From: Candidatus Marinacidobacterales bacterium | GTDB lineage: Bacteria > Acidobacteriota > Vicinamibacteria > Marinacidobacterales > SMYC01 | Direction of reading: 5' to 3' | Assembly (NCBI GenBank): GCA_965237955.1 | Contig: OZ250169.1 | Location: 4,000,001 to 4,064,000, forward strand | Length of the DNA stretch: 64,000 nucleotides | Shown here: positions 39,655 to 48,443 of the stretch, piece after piece | Position numbering within the stretch: the stretch's first letter is position 1 | Layout: each line of letters begins with the position of its first letter | Notes under the pieces: model-generated | Database searches by the model: none | Seen by the model: the letters and a program-made list of their open reading frames with translations, nothing else | Told to the model about the DNA's origin: nothing | Program-made: the position numbers and the translations under genes

Positions 39655-40021
39655 ATGAGAGATTTGGTGTTGCCTAATTTTCCCGACTCGATTCTCGAGC
39701 GCGTCGATGCGTACATCAAGCTGCTAGAGAAGCTCAATCCTGGACGGACGTGGTCGCGCGCGTCGGCTATTTCCACGCTTTCTGGTGCGCGCGTTGGCCG
39801 AAGTCGAAGGCTCCGAGCTGAGATGGAGCCGTAGGGGCGGCACGGACCGACGAGATCGCGGACGGGGCCCCGAACGACGCCAGGGTCCTGGCGACCGGCG
39901 CACGGTCGCGTATCCGGAGATGATCGATCTCGTCATCGAACAGATTCTGACGACCCATGTGGACCCGGACATGCAGAGCAGCGGAACGTGGCGCGATCGC
40001 CACGACGCGGACGATATTTGA
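39655..40021 (+). pseudogene. Small hypothetical (ribbon-helix-helix-like N-terminus), frameshifted near 39780
   Basis: GGAGG RBS; MRDLVLPNFPDSILERVDAY..SRASAI continues in another frame as LVRALAEVE..DRR/ERR repeats. Confidence 0.4.
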
Positions 40022-40049
40022 TCCCTCGGTCAGCCGGCTCGAATTGCCG

Positions 40050-40225
40050 GTTTCTTGATCTACGTGGCATCGAAGCGCGGGCACTACCACCTCCGCGCCC
40101 TTCCTCGTGCGAGCGCACCGAGCTCGGCTCGGCGTTTCGGCGGGCGTTTCTTCCACTGCTCGCTCCCGCGATCCTGGTGGGCGGTATCCTTTTCGGAATC
40201 TTTACGCCCACGGAAGCAGGAGTGG
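40050..40225 (+). pseudogene. TRAP transporter large permease (DctM) internal fragment
   Basis: AFLPLLAPAILVGGILFGIFTPTEAG signature without the rest of the gene. Confidence 0.65.
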
Positions 40226-40251
40226 ATCGAGAGGTTTCTCGAAGCCCTACC

Positions 40252-40734
40252 CTAGCGCTGCGCTAGCGGCTTGATCGCACCGGCCCCTTGACCATCGACT
40301 ACGATCACGACAGGCTGCATCCGCGAGTGCTGCCAGAACGCGATGCGGTGTCGAGAGGCGAGCTTCTTTCGAAGGTAGGACACGTAGCTCTCTTCGAGCT
40401 GGAGCTGTCCGGGTGCAACGACGATCTCGGGGTTGCCTTCAGACGCTTTGATATCCGTTAGGCCGAACAGCACTTGGCGTTCAGCGATGGAGTGCTGATA
40501 CAGCGCATCCGAGAACCACGAAGCGGAGCTGGTACTCTCCGGAAGCTCTTCTTCTTCGGCGACCTTCACGTCGATCGCCAGGCTTCCGTCGGTGACGAAC
40601 TGGCGACCGTCCCCAAGCTTGGCGACCGAGGTCCACTCCGGCGTCGTGTAGCCCATGATGAGCTCGTGGCAACCGGCAAGAGAGACGAGTGCCACCAGCA
40701 GGAAGGTTTTCAAAACGGCGGGTTTTCTGCTCAT
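40252..40734 (-). CDS. Hypothetical lipoprotein
   Basis: Basic N-terminus, hydrophobic stretch and LAGC lipobox. Confidence 0.6.
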   Translation of the reverse strand: MSRKPAVLKTFLLVALVSLAGCHELIMGYTTPEWTSVAKLGDGRQFVTDGSLAIDVKVAEEEELPESTSSASWFSDALYQHSIAERQVLFGLTDIKASEGNPEIVVAPGQLQLEESYVSYLRKKLASRHRIAFWQHSRMQPVVIVVDGQGAGAIKPLAQR

Positions 40735-40830
40735 AAGAAAAGGATAGGGGACGATTCTGAAATCTGCAAACGCCCCCTCACCTGTCCTCGATGGCGCGTC
40801 CGCGCCATCGGGTGCGGGGGGATCAACGCG

Positions 40831-43077
40831 TCAGGATTCGGCTGTGGCTTGAACTTCGACGACGGCTCCGTCTTCGCGGCGTTTGGTGACTTCGCCGATG
40901 ACCGCAACATGGTCGAGTTTTGCGAGCGCATTCTCGACCGCGCTTTCCGGAAGGCCGAACAAGAGCCCGCCCGACGTTTGTGGGTCGAACAAGAGCTCGA
41001 GCTTCGGGTGGCGCGCCGCCTCAGGGCGAATGACGATACCCTTTTTGGCTTTCTCGTTCTCGGGATGAAAGGTACTGCGAAACCCTTGTGCCAAGAGCTC
41101 GACGGCGCCCGGCAGCGCCGGAAACTTCGATGCATCGAGAACAGCACTCACACCGCTCGCGCGTAACATCTCGGCGAGATGGCCCAAGAGTCCGAATCCG
41201 GTAATATCGGTAAGCGACTTCGCACCAAGCTCAGCGATAATGCGCGCGGCAGCGGCATTGCTTCCGGTCATCGACTCGAACGTCGTCTGAAGCCATGGGC
41301 CGGAAACGCGGCCTCGCATGTCCGCATGCAAGAGAACGCCAGTTCCCAAACCCTTGGTGACGAGAAGGCGGTCTCCGACTTCGAGGCCATCGATCGCGAG
41401 AAGCGATCCATTAGCGAACCCATCGACGGAGAATCCAACGAGAAGCTCGGGCGCCGTGGTCGTGTGTCCGCCCAGAAGCGTCACACCTGCGGGATCGAAC
41501 ACCGCCCGCGCACCCGAGAGCACTTGAAAGAGAATCTCCTCCGCTTCGTCGGGCGGAGCGTCCTTGGGAACCGCGACCAGTGCCAGGGCGTAGCGTGGAT
41601 CGGCACCGGTCGCGTACAGATCGGAGACCGAGTTCACCGCGGCGACTCGTCCGACGAGGTAGGGATCATCGACGAATGCACGGAACGCGTCGACGCTCGA
41701 GACGACGATATCTCCGCTGGGGGTCACGTACGCCGCCGCGTCATCGGGCTCGTCGAGGCCCAGTTTGACGGTGTCGTCAGTTGCACGCGGTGGGAGACGA
41801 CCGAGCGCGCGTTCGAGAACGCTCTGCCCAACTTTAGCAGCGCAGCCACCGCACAGCATCTCCATTTCCTGCGACATATCGGGAAGACGTTTGAACTCGT
41901 CGGTCATGGTACCGTCCCGATCCAACACCTGGAACTTCGTCATGAAGCGACGATCGATCCAATCCTTGAGCCGAAAAACCCATTCGCCTTCGAACGACAA
42001 CCCTGACTTCGCGCCGAGCGCGGTGCCGTCGCCGAGGTTCAAGAGCGTGAGAAAATCTTTTTGCGGCCGATAATTCTCGAGTGCCCTGCCTTCGATCTTG
42101 GCGCGGAGGTTATCGGCCAAGTAGGGGCCTTGGCGCACGGCGTACACACCGGCCTTCGGCGTTTGGGGGTAATCATTCATCGTTGCGCAGTCGCCAACCG
42201 CGAACAGATCATCGTGGCCTTCGACTTGCAACGTGGATCGCGTGCGCACGAACCCGCGGGACTCGGTCGGTAATCCCGAGTCGGTAAACACCGGATGGCT
42301 CACAGCGCCCGTCACCCAGATCAAAGCGTCGTACGGCATGGTGTCGCCGTCTTCGAACACGATGACGTCATCCCGCGCCGACGCCACGCGGCGCCGGGGC
42401 ACGATATCGATACTGCGCTCCCGCGCGTTGCGCCGAACGCGCTCGACGAGACTCCGAGGGTAGCCGGGCAGCACTTCATCGAGCGCGTGTACGAGCGCCA
42501 TCTGGATCGCAGAATCCTCGCGGACCCCGAGCCGCTCCCAAAGCGTGAACCCGAGCTCCACGCCCCCGGCACCGCCCCCCACGATCACGACCCGAAAGCT
42601 CGAGCCCGGCTTGCGACTGCGAACCTTCTCTACGAGCGCCTCGGTTCTGCGCACGAGTTCCGTGATGGGTCTGGTGGGCAACGCGTGCTCCCGGATGCCG
42701 GGAAGCTCCAACCCCACCACGGTTGATCCGATGTCGACGGATGCAACGTCATACCGGATCGGCGGGCGATCCGCGAGGTGCACCAACTTTTCGCCTGCAT
42801 CGATACGGGTCGCGGGCGACAGGATGACCCGCGCCATGGCACGCCGTGCGAGGGGCACCACGTCGATTTCGAGCTCGTCGGCCCGATACTGACCAGCGAC
42901 GAAACCCGGGACCATGCCCGAGTAGACCGCGACCGGCTGATCGACCACCACGGTCATGTGGGTCGACGCCGGTGGCTTCATCGCGAAGCGGCGGATCACT
43001 TGAACGTGGGAGTGACCTCCCCCTACGAGAACGAGCTCAGTTTGCGTTTCCGGTCGGGTTCCGTTCGTCGTCGACAA
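40831..43077 (-). CDS. selD: Selenide, water dikinase fused to N-terminal pyridine nucleotide-disulfide oxidoreductase domain
   Basis: GGGHSH, YSGMVPG, GGGAGGVE and PKAGVYAVRQG in the N-terminal domain; CGGCAAK, DDAA, GGHT, TDITGFGLLGH and DPQTSGGLL in the SelD domain. Confidence 0.9.
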   Translation of the reverse strand: MSTTNGTRPETQTELVLVGGGHSHVQVIRRFAMKPPASTHMTVVVDQPVAVYSGMVPGFVAGQYRADELEIDVVPLARRAMARVILSPATRIDAGEKLVHLADRPPIRYDVASVDIGSTVVGLELPGIREHALPTRPITELVRRTEALVEKVRSRKPGSSFRVVIVGGGAGGVELGFTLWERLGVREDSAIQMALVHALDEVLPGYPRSLVERVRRNARERSIDIVPRRRVASARDDVIVFEDGDTMPYDALIWVTGAVSHPVFTDSGLPTESRGFVRTRSTLQVEGHDDLFAVGDCATMNDYPQTPKAGVYAVRQGPYLADNLRAKIEGRALENYRPQKDFLTLLNLGDGTALGAKSGLSFEGEWVFRLKDWIDRRFMTKFQVLDRDGTMTDEFKRLPDMSQEMEMLCGGCAAKVGQSVLERALGRLPPRATDDTVKLGLDEPDDAAAYVTPSGDIVVSSVDAFRAFVDDPYLVGRVAAVNSVSDLYATGADPRYALALVAVPKDAPPDEAEEILFQVLSGARAVFDPAGVTLLGGHTTTAPELLVGFSVDGFANGSLLAIDGLEVGDRLLVTKGLGTGVLLHADMRGRVSGPWLQTTFESMTGSNAAAARIIAELGAKSLTDITGFGLLGHLAEMLRASGVSAVLDASKFPALPGAVELLAQGFRSTFHPENEKAKKGIVIRPEAARHPKLELLFDPQTSGGLLFGLPESAVENALAKLDHVAVIGEVTKRREDGAVVEVQATAES

Positions 43078-43206
43078 AGCGCCCTATTGTAGCGCTGTCG
43101 GAACGCCGTGTCCCAGAATCGAACAGCGCACATCCGGTGCTGTGGACAAGACCGTTCGGCGGTGGGTGTTTCGGGCTGGCCCAGAACCTGCACTAGAATC
43201 ATTATT

Positions 43207-43590
43207 ATGCTGCACGATCTCCGCCATGCCCTTCGCTCCCTGACACACGCGCTCGGGTTCACGACCGCGGCGCTTTCGACTCTCGCCCTCGGCATCGGAG
43301 CGACCACCGTCGTTTTCAGCCTCGTCAATGGCCTGTTGCTTCGACCGCTCCCGTTCGGAGACGGATCGCACCGTGTCATCTCGCTGCACGGAACGCACCC
43401 GACTCAATTTCCCGAAGATTGGGACGACGCCGGAGTGTCGTACGCAGACCTTCTGGACGTGCGCCGGGAGAGGTCGGCTCGCGTACGCGAGCCGGGTGAG
43501 GGGGCGCTGCCGAAGCCTGCTTCGACTCTGAATCCCACGACGGCGATCTCCCCGCGCCGCACGATCCTCAAGAGCAAACGCTTGAGATAA
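43207..43590 (+). pseudogene. MacB-like / ADOP ABC permease, N-terminal fragment
   Basis: DLRHALRSL..GFT..TLALGIGATTVVFSLVNGLLLRPLPF; similarity is lost after about 90 codons. Confidence 0.75.
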
Positions 43591-43599
43591 GCTAGCAGC

Positions 43600-44325
43600 G
43601 TGGTTGCCTCCATTCCCTTTCGCGACATCGAAACGGTGTTCCTCGATGTGGGGAATACGCTCGTTTCCATGGACTACGTCTGGATTCGTGATGAGCTCGC
43701 GAACGTTGGGGTCTCGACGGAGCTCGAAGTCCTCATGCGCGCGGAAGCGGCAGCGCGTCCAGTCGTCTCTCGAGCCGTCGCGGGCAAGGGATCCACGGAG
43801 GGCTTCAGCATCTTCGAGCTTTACTTGAAAACGATCCTGAGCAACCTCGGGACGTCGGCGGACGCGATACCCGCTCTTGTCGAAAGCCTGGTGCCGATAT
43901 TCCGCGGTCCGGGGCGCGAGCGACTATGGAGCTACGTGCTTCCCGGAGTACCCGAAGCGCTCCATCAATTGAAGTCTCTCGGTCGAACGCTCGCGGTCGT
44001 CAGCAACTCGGACGGAACCGTGGAGCGGGTTCTCGAACGACAAGGACTCAGACCCTATCTCGACGCGGTGTTCGATTCGCACATCGTGGGTTTCGAGAAA
44101 CCCGATCCGAGACTTTTCTTGCACGCACTCGAGGCGACCGGCACTCACGCCGAGTCGACGCTTCATGTGGGTGATCTCTATTCCACGGACATCGAAGGCG
44201 GGCGCGCCGCCGGCGTTCATACCGCACTCGTGGATCCGTTCGACGATTGGGATGGCGTCGATTGCCCGCGCTTCAAAGACCTCGAGGCTCTCTCTCGAGC
44301 GTTTCGTGCTAACGTTGGGCCGTGA
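43600..44325 (+). CDS. HAD-superfamily hydrolase
   Basis: FLDVGNTL, VVSNSD, EKPDP and HVGD..D motifs. Confidence 0.9.
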   Translation: MVASIPFRDIETVFLDVGNTLVSMDYVWIRDELANVGVSTELEVLMRAEAAARPVVSRAVAGKGSTEGFSIFELYLKTILSNLGTSADAIPALVESLVPIFRGPGRERLWSYVLPGVPEALHQLKSLGRTLAVVSNSDGTVERVLERQGLRPYLDAVFDSHIVGFEKPDPRLFLHALEATGTHAESTLHVGDLYSTDIEGGRAAGVHTALVDPFDDWDGVDCPRFKDLEALSRAFRANVGP

Positions 44326-44843
44326 ATCCGATGGCACCCAGGACTCTCATCTCGATTTCTTTGCTGGCGGTTGCATCGTTCGCCTTCGGGCAGGCGACTC
44401 CGACCGTCTACGTCACCGTCAACGAGAACGAAACCCTTTCCAAGCAAGAACGCCGCGAGTTGGCAGATTCGGCGCGGGACGTCCGCGAGCAGCTGAAAAA
44501 GAGGAACGGCGTCGAAACCGCTGAAGATCGGGACGACGCCGATGTCGTCGTCACTATTCTCGACCGACGCATCGAAGTGAATGAATCCGGCACCAACGAT
44601 TGGGGCGGAGCACTCAGCCAGACGCACTACGAGAGCCGGTACATCGTGTTTTTCCGCTTCGAAAGCGGCGCTACGATCGAAGAAGCCGAGATCGCGCTCG
44701 CCGGCGCGTTCGTGACATGGAAGCGCGTCGCGGGCGTCCTCGCCAAAGACGCCGAAGAATGGGTCCGCAAAGAGCGGCGGAAACAGAAAATTCACGCTTC
44801 CCCCTCATCGAGTGAGGAGGGATCACAGGCGACTGGAAGCTGA
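44322..44843 (+). CDS. Hypothetical secreted protein
   Basis: Signal peptide (…ASFAFG); overlaps the HAD stop codon. Confidence 0.65.
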   Translation: MNPMAPRTLISISLLAVASFAFGQATPTVYVTVNENETLSKQERRELADSARDVREQLKKRNGVETAEDRDDADVVVTILDRRIEVNESGTNDWGGALSQTHYESRYIVFFRFESGATIEEAEIALAGAFVTWKRVAGVLAKDAEEWVRKERRKQKIHASPSSSEEGSQATGS

Positions 44844-44871
44844 CGTAGACTACCGCGCTCAAGGAGGCGTT

Positions 44872-45333
44872 ATGAAACATCTGTCGATGGTTTTGTTGTT
44901 GATTGCATTGCTCGCGGGGCTCGGTCTGTTTTGGCCAGGAGAGTCCAAAGGTGCCACCGAGCATCGCTTCTTGAACGTGCCGGGGCGAAGCGGTAACAAC
45001 CCGTACAGCGATGCGGTTCTCGTCGGCGATACTCTCTATCTGGCCGGTGACATCGGCATCGATCCAGCGACGGGCGCTCCGCCGGAAGAAGTCAAAGACG
45101 AAGTCAAGAACTTGATGGACGGCATGAAACAGCGGCTCGAAATGGTAGGTATGAGCATGGACGACCTCGTCATGGTCAATGTGCACTGCCCGGATCTATC
45201 GTTTTACGCCGACTTCAACGACGTCTATCGCACCTACTTCTCCGACCATTTCCCAGCGCGCGCGTTCATCGGCTCGGGGCCTCTGCTATCGGGAGGGCGG
45301 TTCGAGGTCACCGCGATCGCCGCTCGTCAGTGA
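44872..45333 (+). CDS. RidA/YjgF family protein with N-terminal signal or anchor
   Basis: PYSDAV, LYLAG, FNDVY..YF..PARA and FEVTAIA motifs; AAGGAGG RBS. Confidence 0.85.
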   Translation: MKHLSMVLLLIALLAGLGLFWPGESKGATEHRFLNVPGRSGNNPYSDAVLVGDTLYLAGDIGIDPATGAPPEEVKDEVKNLMDGMKQRLEMVGMSMDDLVMVNVHCPDLSFYADFNDVYRTYFSDHFPARAFIGSGPLLSGGRFEVTAIAARQ

Positions 45334-45430
45334 GGAACTCGCGGAGTGGAAACCAGTGCTCAGCGCGGCGGCTGCGTCGTTCCCCCTCACCCGGCTGCTA
45401 GCGAAGGCGGGAGGGGGGAGAGGGTAGGGC

Positions 45431-46435
45431 CTAATCAAGAACGTTTTCGCGGTAGGCGTAGAGAGCCGGGGATCCTCCGGTGTGGATGAAGAGGATGTTT
45501 TGGTCCTTTTTGAAGAACCCTTTGCGCGCGAGGTCGATGAGGCCCGCCATGGTTTTGCCGGTGTAGACGGGGTCGAGTAAGACACCTTCGAGTCGCGCGA
45601 GCATCCGTATCGCTTCTCCCATCTCGGGTGTCGGCAAGGAGTATCCGGGACCGACATAGTCGCCGAAGCAGAGCACTTTGTCTCGCGGGATCTCGGAGCG
45701 CACGCCGAGCCGCCCCGACGTTTGCCGCACCAAATCGTAGACTTTCTCCTCTTGGGCGTCTTTCGGGCGACTGACGTTGATCCCGACGACGGGGATGCTT
45801 GCGTTGGCGCCCTCGAAGCCAGTGACCAGCCCGGCGTGCGTTCCCGAACTTCCGCTTGCCGTCACCACTCGATCGATGGCGATCTCGGACTCGAACGTCT
45901 GCGACAATATCTCGAGTGCGCACGCAACGTAGCCTGTCGCCCCGATGGGATTGGAGCCGCCGCCGGGGATCACATAGGGCTTCCGCCCTTCGGATTTGAG
46001 CCCGTCGGCAACAACCGCCATCTCCGTATCCATGTTCGAGCCACCGGGAACGACACGAACCTCTTCGACACCGAGTAAACGAAAAAGAAAATTGTTGCCG
46101 CTCGCGTCAGCGTCGTAGCTACGTTCGACTCTCTCTTCCAGTACCAGCCGGCACTTCAAACCTTCCTTGACCGCGGCGGCCAAAGTCAGCCGGCAGTGGT
46201 TCGACTGGACGGCCCCACATGTCACCAGAGTGTCGGCGCCTTTGTCGAGCGCATCGGCGACCAGGAACTCGAGCTTGCGCGTCTTGTTGCCGCCGGACGT
46301 CAGACCCAAGAGATCGTCGCGCTTGATGTAGATCGTCGGGCCGCCGAGCTCCGCTGAGAGACGCGACAGTTTTTCGATGGGTGTCCGGCCTTCCGTGTAA
46401 CGCCGGCGCGGGAACCGTGCCAAGTTCATCGGCAC
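45431..46435 (-). CDS. dcyD: D-cysteine desulfhydrase (PLP, ACC deaminase family)
   Basis: KRDD..GGNKTRKLEF, QSNHCR, PGGGSN, SGSSGT, LDPVYTGK and HTGG motifs. Confidence 0.9.
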   Translation of the reverse strand: MPMNLARFPRRRYTEGRTPIEKLSRLSAELGGPTIYIKRDDLLGLTSGGNKTRKLEFLVADALDKGADTLVTCGAVQSNHCRLTLAAAVKEGLKCRLVLEERVERSYDADASGNNFLFRLLGVEEVRVVPGGSNMDTEMAVVADGLKSEGRKPYVIPGGGSNPIGATGYVACALEILSQTFESEIAIDRVVTASGSSGTHAGLVTGFEGANASIPVVGINVSRPKDAQEEKVYDLVRQTSGRLGVRSEIPRDKVLCFGDYVGPGYSLPTPEMGEAIRMLARLEGVLLDPVYTGKTMAGLIDLARKGFFKKDQNILFIHTGGSPALYAYRENVLD

Positions 46436-46505
46436 CTCCTTCGGCCGGATTCTCTGAGGTTTTTACTCGTAGTGCAAGGCTTGGACCGACGGGACTCAGG
46501 CTTCG

Positions 46506-48440
46506 TTAGTGATCGAGCGCCGCGAGGGCGTCGCCGAGCTCCGCCGCCGTCTGGAAGCGCTCTCCGGGATCCTTCGCCAGGCAGCGAAGAATGAGGCTCG
46601 ACAACTCATCCGGTACACCCGGCCGGACCTCTCCCGGGTTGGGAGGATCGACTTCGAGGTGCATTCTTTCGACTTCATTGATGTAGTCGCCGTTGAACGG
46701 CCGGCGCCCGGTGACCATTTCGAACACGACGATCCCGAGGGAATACAGGTCCGAGCGCTCGTCGACGCTCTCACCTCGGATTTGCTCCGGCGAGGCGTAC
46801 ACCGGCGTACCGACGAACCTGCCGTGGCGTGTTATCTCGGGCCCGTCGACGAGACGGGCCAAACCGAAGTCCGTGATCCGAGGCTCGCCGTGCTCATCGA
46901 TGAGAATATTGGACGGTTTGATGTCGCGATGGATGACGTTAGCGCCGTGAGCGGCCGCCAACGCGGCCGCGAGCTTGGCCCCGAGCAAAACCGCCCTTTC
47001 GAAGGTGAAGGGCGCTTCTTTCGAGATGACCTCGGCGAGGTCGGGGCCATCCACGAACTGCATGGTGACGTACTTCTGACCGTTGTCGTCACCGAGATGA
47101 TAGGTCTTGAGAACGTTCGGGTGGGTGAGGTCTCGAGACAAGAGCACTTCGCGGCGCAGCCGGACGGCGGCGTCTCCATCGGTGCTGTATTCGCGCTTGA
47201 GAAGCTTGATCGCGATGTCGGTCCGGAGCAAAGTGTCGCGCGCCTTGTACACTTCACCGGCGGCGCCTTGTCCCAGGCGACTGAGTAGCTCGTAGCGCCC
47301 GTCGACGCAGCGCGGAGCGTCGGCCGAAACCGATTCCTGGCGCGTAGCTTCATCGATCGTCGTTCGCGGCAGGTTGCCGTCTGGACGGTGGGCACGTTGA
47401 ACGCTCGGTAGCTCGCTGAACCACCGTTTGAAGAAGAAATTCGCGAGCGCATAACCGCCACCAGGTGCACGGTGAATGAAGCCGAGATGTTCCAGCCGCG
47501 ACAGATCACCGTTCAGCACGGACGACTCCACCGCGAGAATGTTCCCGATGGAATCGGTCGTCGACTCTCTCCGTGCACTGACGATGCGGATGATATTGCG
47601 CTCGGTCTCGCTCAGCATCTCGAAATCGACGGCGAAGAAATGCCGAACCATCTGGTCAGCGGCAATCTCCTCGATCGCCTTATCGAGGTCTCCGAGCTCC
47701 ATGTATCGCTCGCACACGAGCTGGAGGAGGTAGGGATGGTTGTTGCAGCGTTCTCGGATCGTTTCGATGGTACGCTCGTCGACATCTGGCCGAGAATCCT
47801 CGGGGAGGTGCGACTGGCGGATCAGAGACCGTGCGGCGTCGTCCTCGAGCCCGAAGACGTAATGCGGCGGTGTGAAACCATGAAGAAATGGCGACGTGCT
47901 CGTGTCTTCGTTCGCGAGCTCCCACAGCTTGATCTTGGACGCCAGGACGGTGCGGATGTTCTCTGCCGATTGCAGGGCCCGCCGCAGACGACGCAAGAAC
48001 CGGGGCTCGCGCTCGTTGATGGTGATGAGCTCTTCCACTTCGTCACCGAGAAGCAGAAGCGTAAGCTCACGCGAGCGAAGCTCGCGGCGGAGGCGATTGA
48101 TGGACTCGAACAGATCGTCGGCCTCGACGCGCTCGAGCGGAACGCCGATGTCTTCGAGACGGTCCATCGCGTCGAGGAGCGAGTCGCTCAGGCTCTCGTG
48201 GAGATCTTCCGGCTTCTCTGCACCTTGGAAGTCCCAGAACAACGGGAAGTAACCGAGCTCCGCCGAAAGTGACGTCCGTCGCTCCAGCTCTTTGAGTGTG
48301 GACGTTTTGCCAACCCTGCGAGTGCCTAGAAGCCAAAGACAGTTTCGATTGCCGTGAAGAATGTCTTGGATGAGCTCGTTCCGTCCGTAGAAGCTATCCC
48401 CACGAACCCACTGGCCGACAACGTAGGGCGTCACCGACAT
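46506..48440 (-). CDS. STAND/AAA-type ATPase fused to C-terminal Hanks-type Ser/Thr kinase
   Basis: PYVVG..FYGR, Walker A GTRRVGKTS, Walker B LLGDE and HPYLLQ; kinase motifs GQGAAG, AIK, HRDIKPSN, DFG, SPE and DLYSLG. Confidence 0.88.
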   Translation of the reverse strand: MSVTPYVVGQWVRGDSFYGRNELIQDILHGNRNCLWLLGTRRVGKTSTLKELERRTSLSAELGYFPLFWDFQGAEKPEDLHESLSDSLLDAMDRLEDIGVPLERVEADDLFESINRLRRELRSRELTLLLLGDEVEELITINEREPRFLRRLRRALQSAENIRTVLASKIKLWELANEDTSTSPFLHGFTPPHYVFGLEDDAARSLIRQSHLPEDSRPDVDERTIETIRERCNNHPYLLQLVCERYMELGDLDKAIEEIAADQMVRHFFAVDFEMLSETERNIIRIVSARRESTTDSIGNILAVESSVLNGDLSRLEHLGFIHRAPGGGYALANFFFKRWFSELPSVQRAHRPDGNLPRTTIDEATRQESVSADAPRCVDGRYELLSRLGQGAAGEVYKARDTLLRTDIAIKLLKREYSTDGDAAVRLRREVLLSRDLTHPNVLKTYHLGDDNGQKYVTMQFVDGPDLAEVISKEAPFTFERAVLLGAKLAAALAAAHGANVIHRDIKPSNILIDEHGEPRITDFGLARLVDGPEITRHGRFVGTPVYASPEQIRGESVDERSDLYSLGIVVFEMVTGRRPFNGDYINEVERMHLEVDPPNPGEVRPGVPDELSSLILRCLAKDPGERFQTAAELGDALAALDH

Positions 48441-48443
48441 GCT

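Noticed and set aside
45381-45430. CCCCTCACCC..GGGGAGAGGG REP-like sequence between ridA and dcyD
   Set aside because: Single degenerate copy with weak pairing; possibly a terminator but not supportable.
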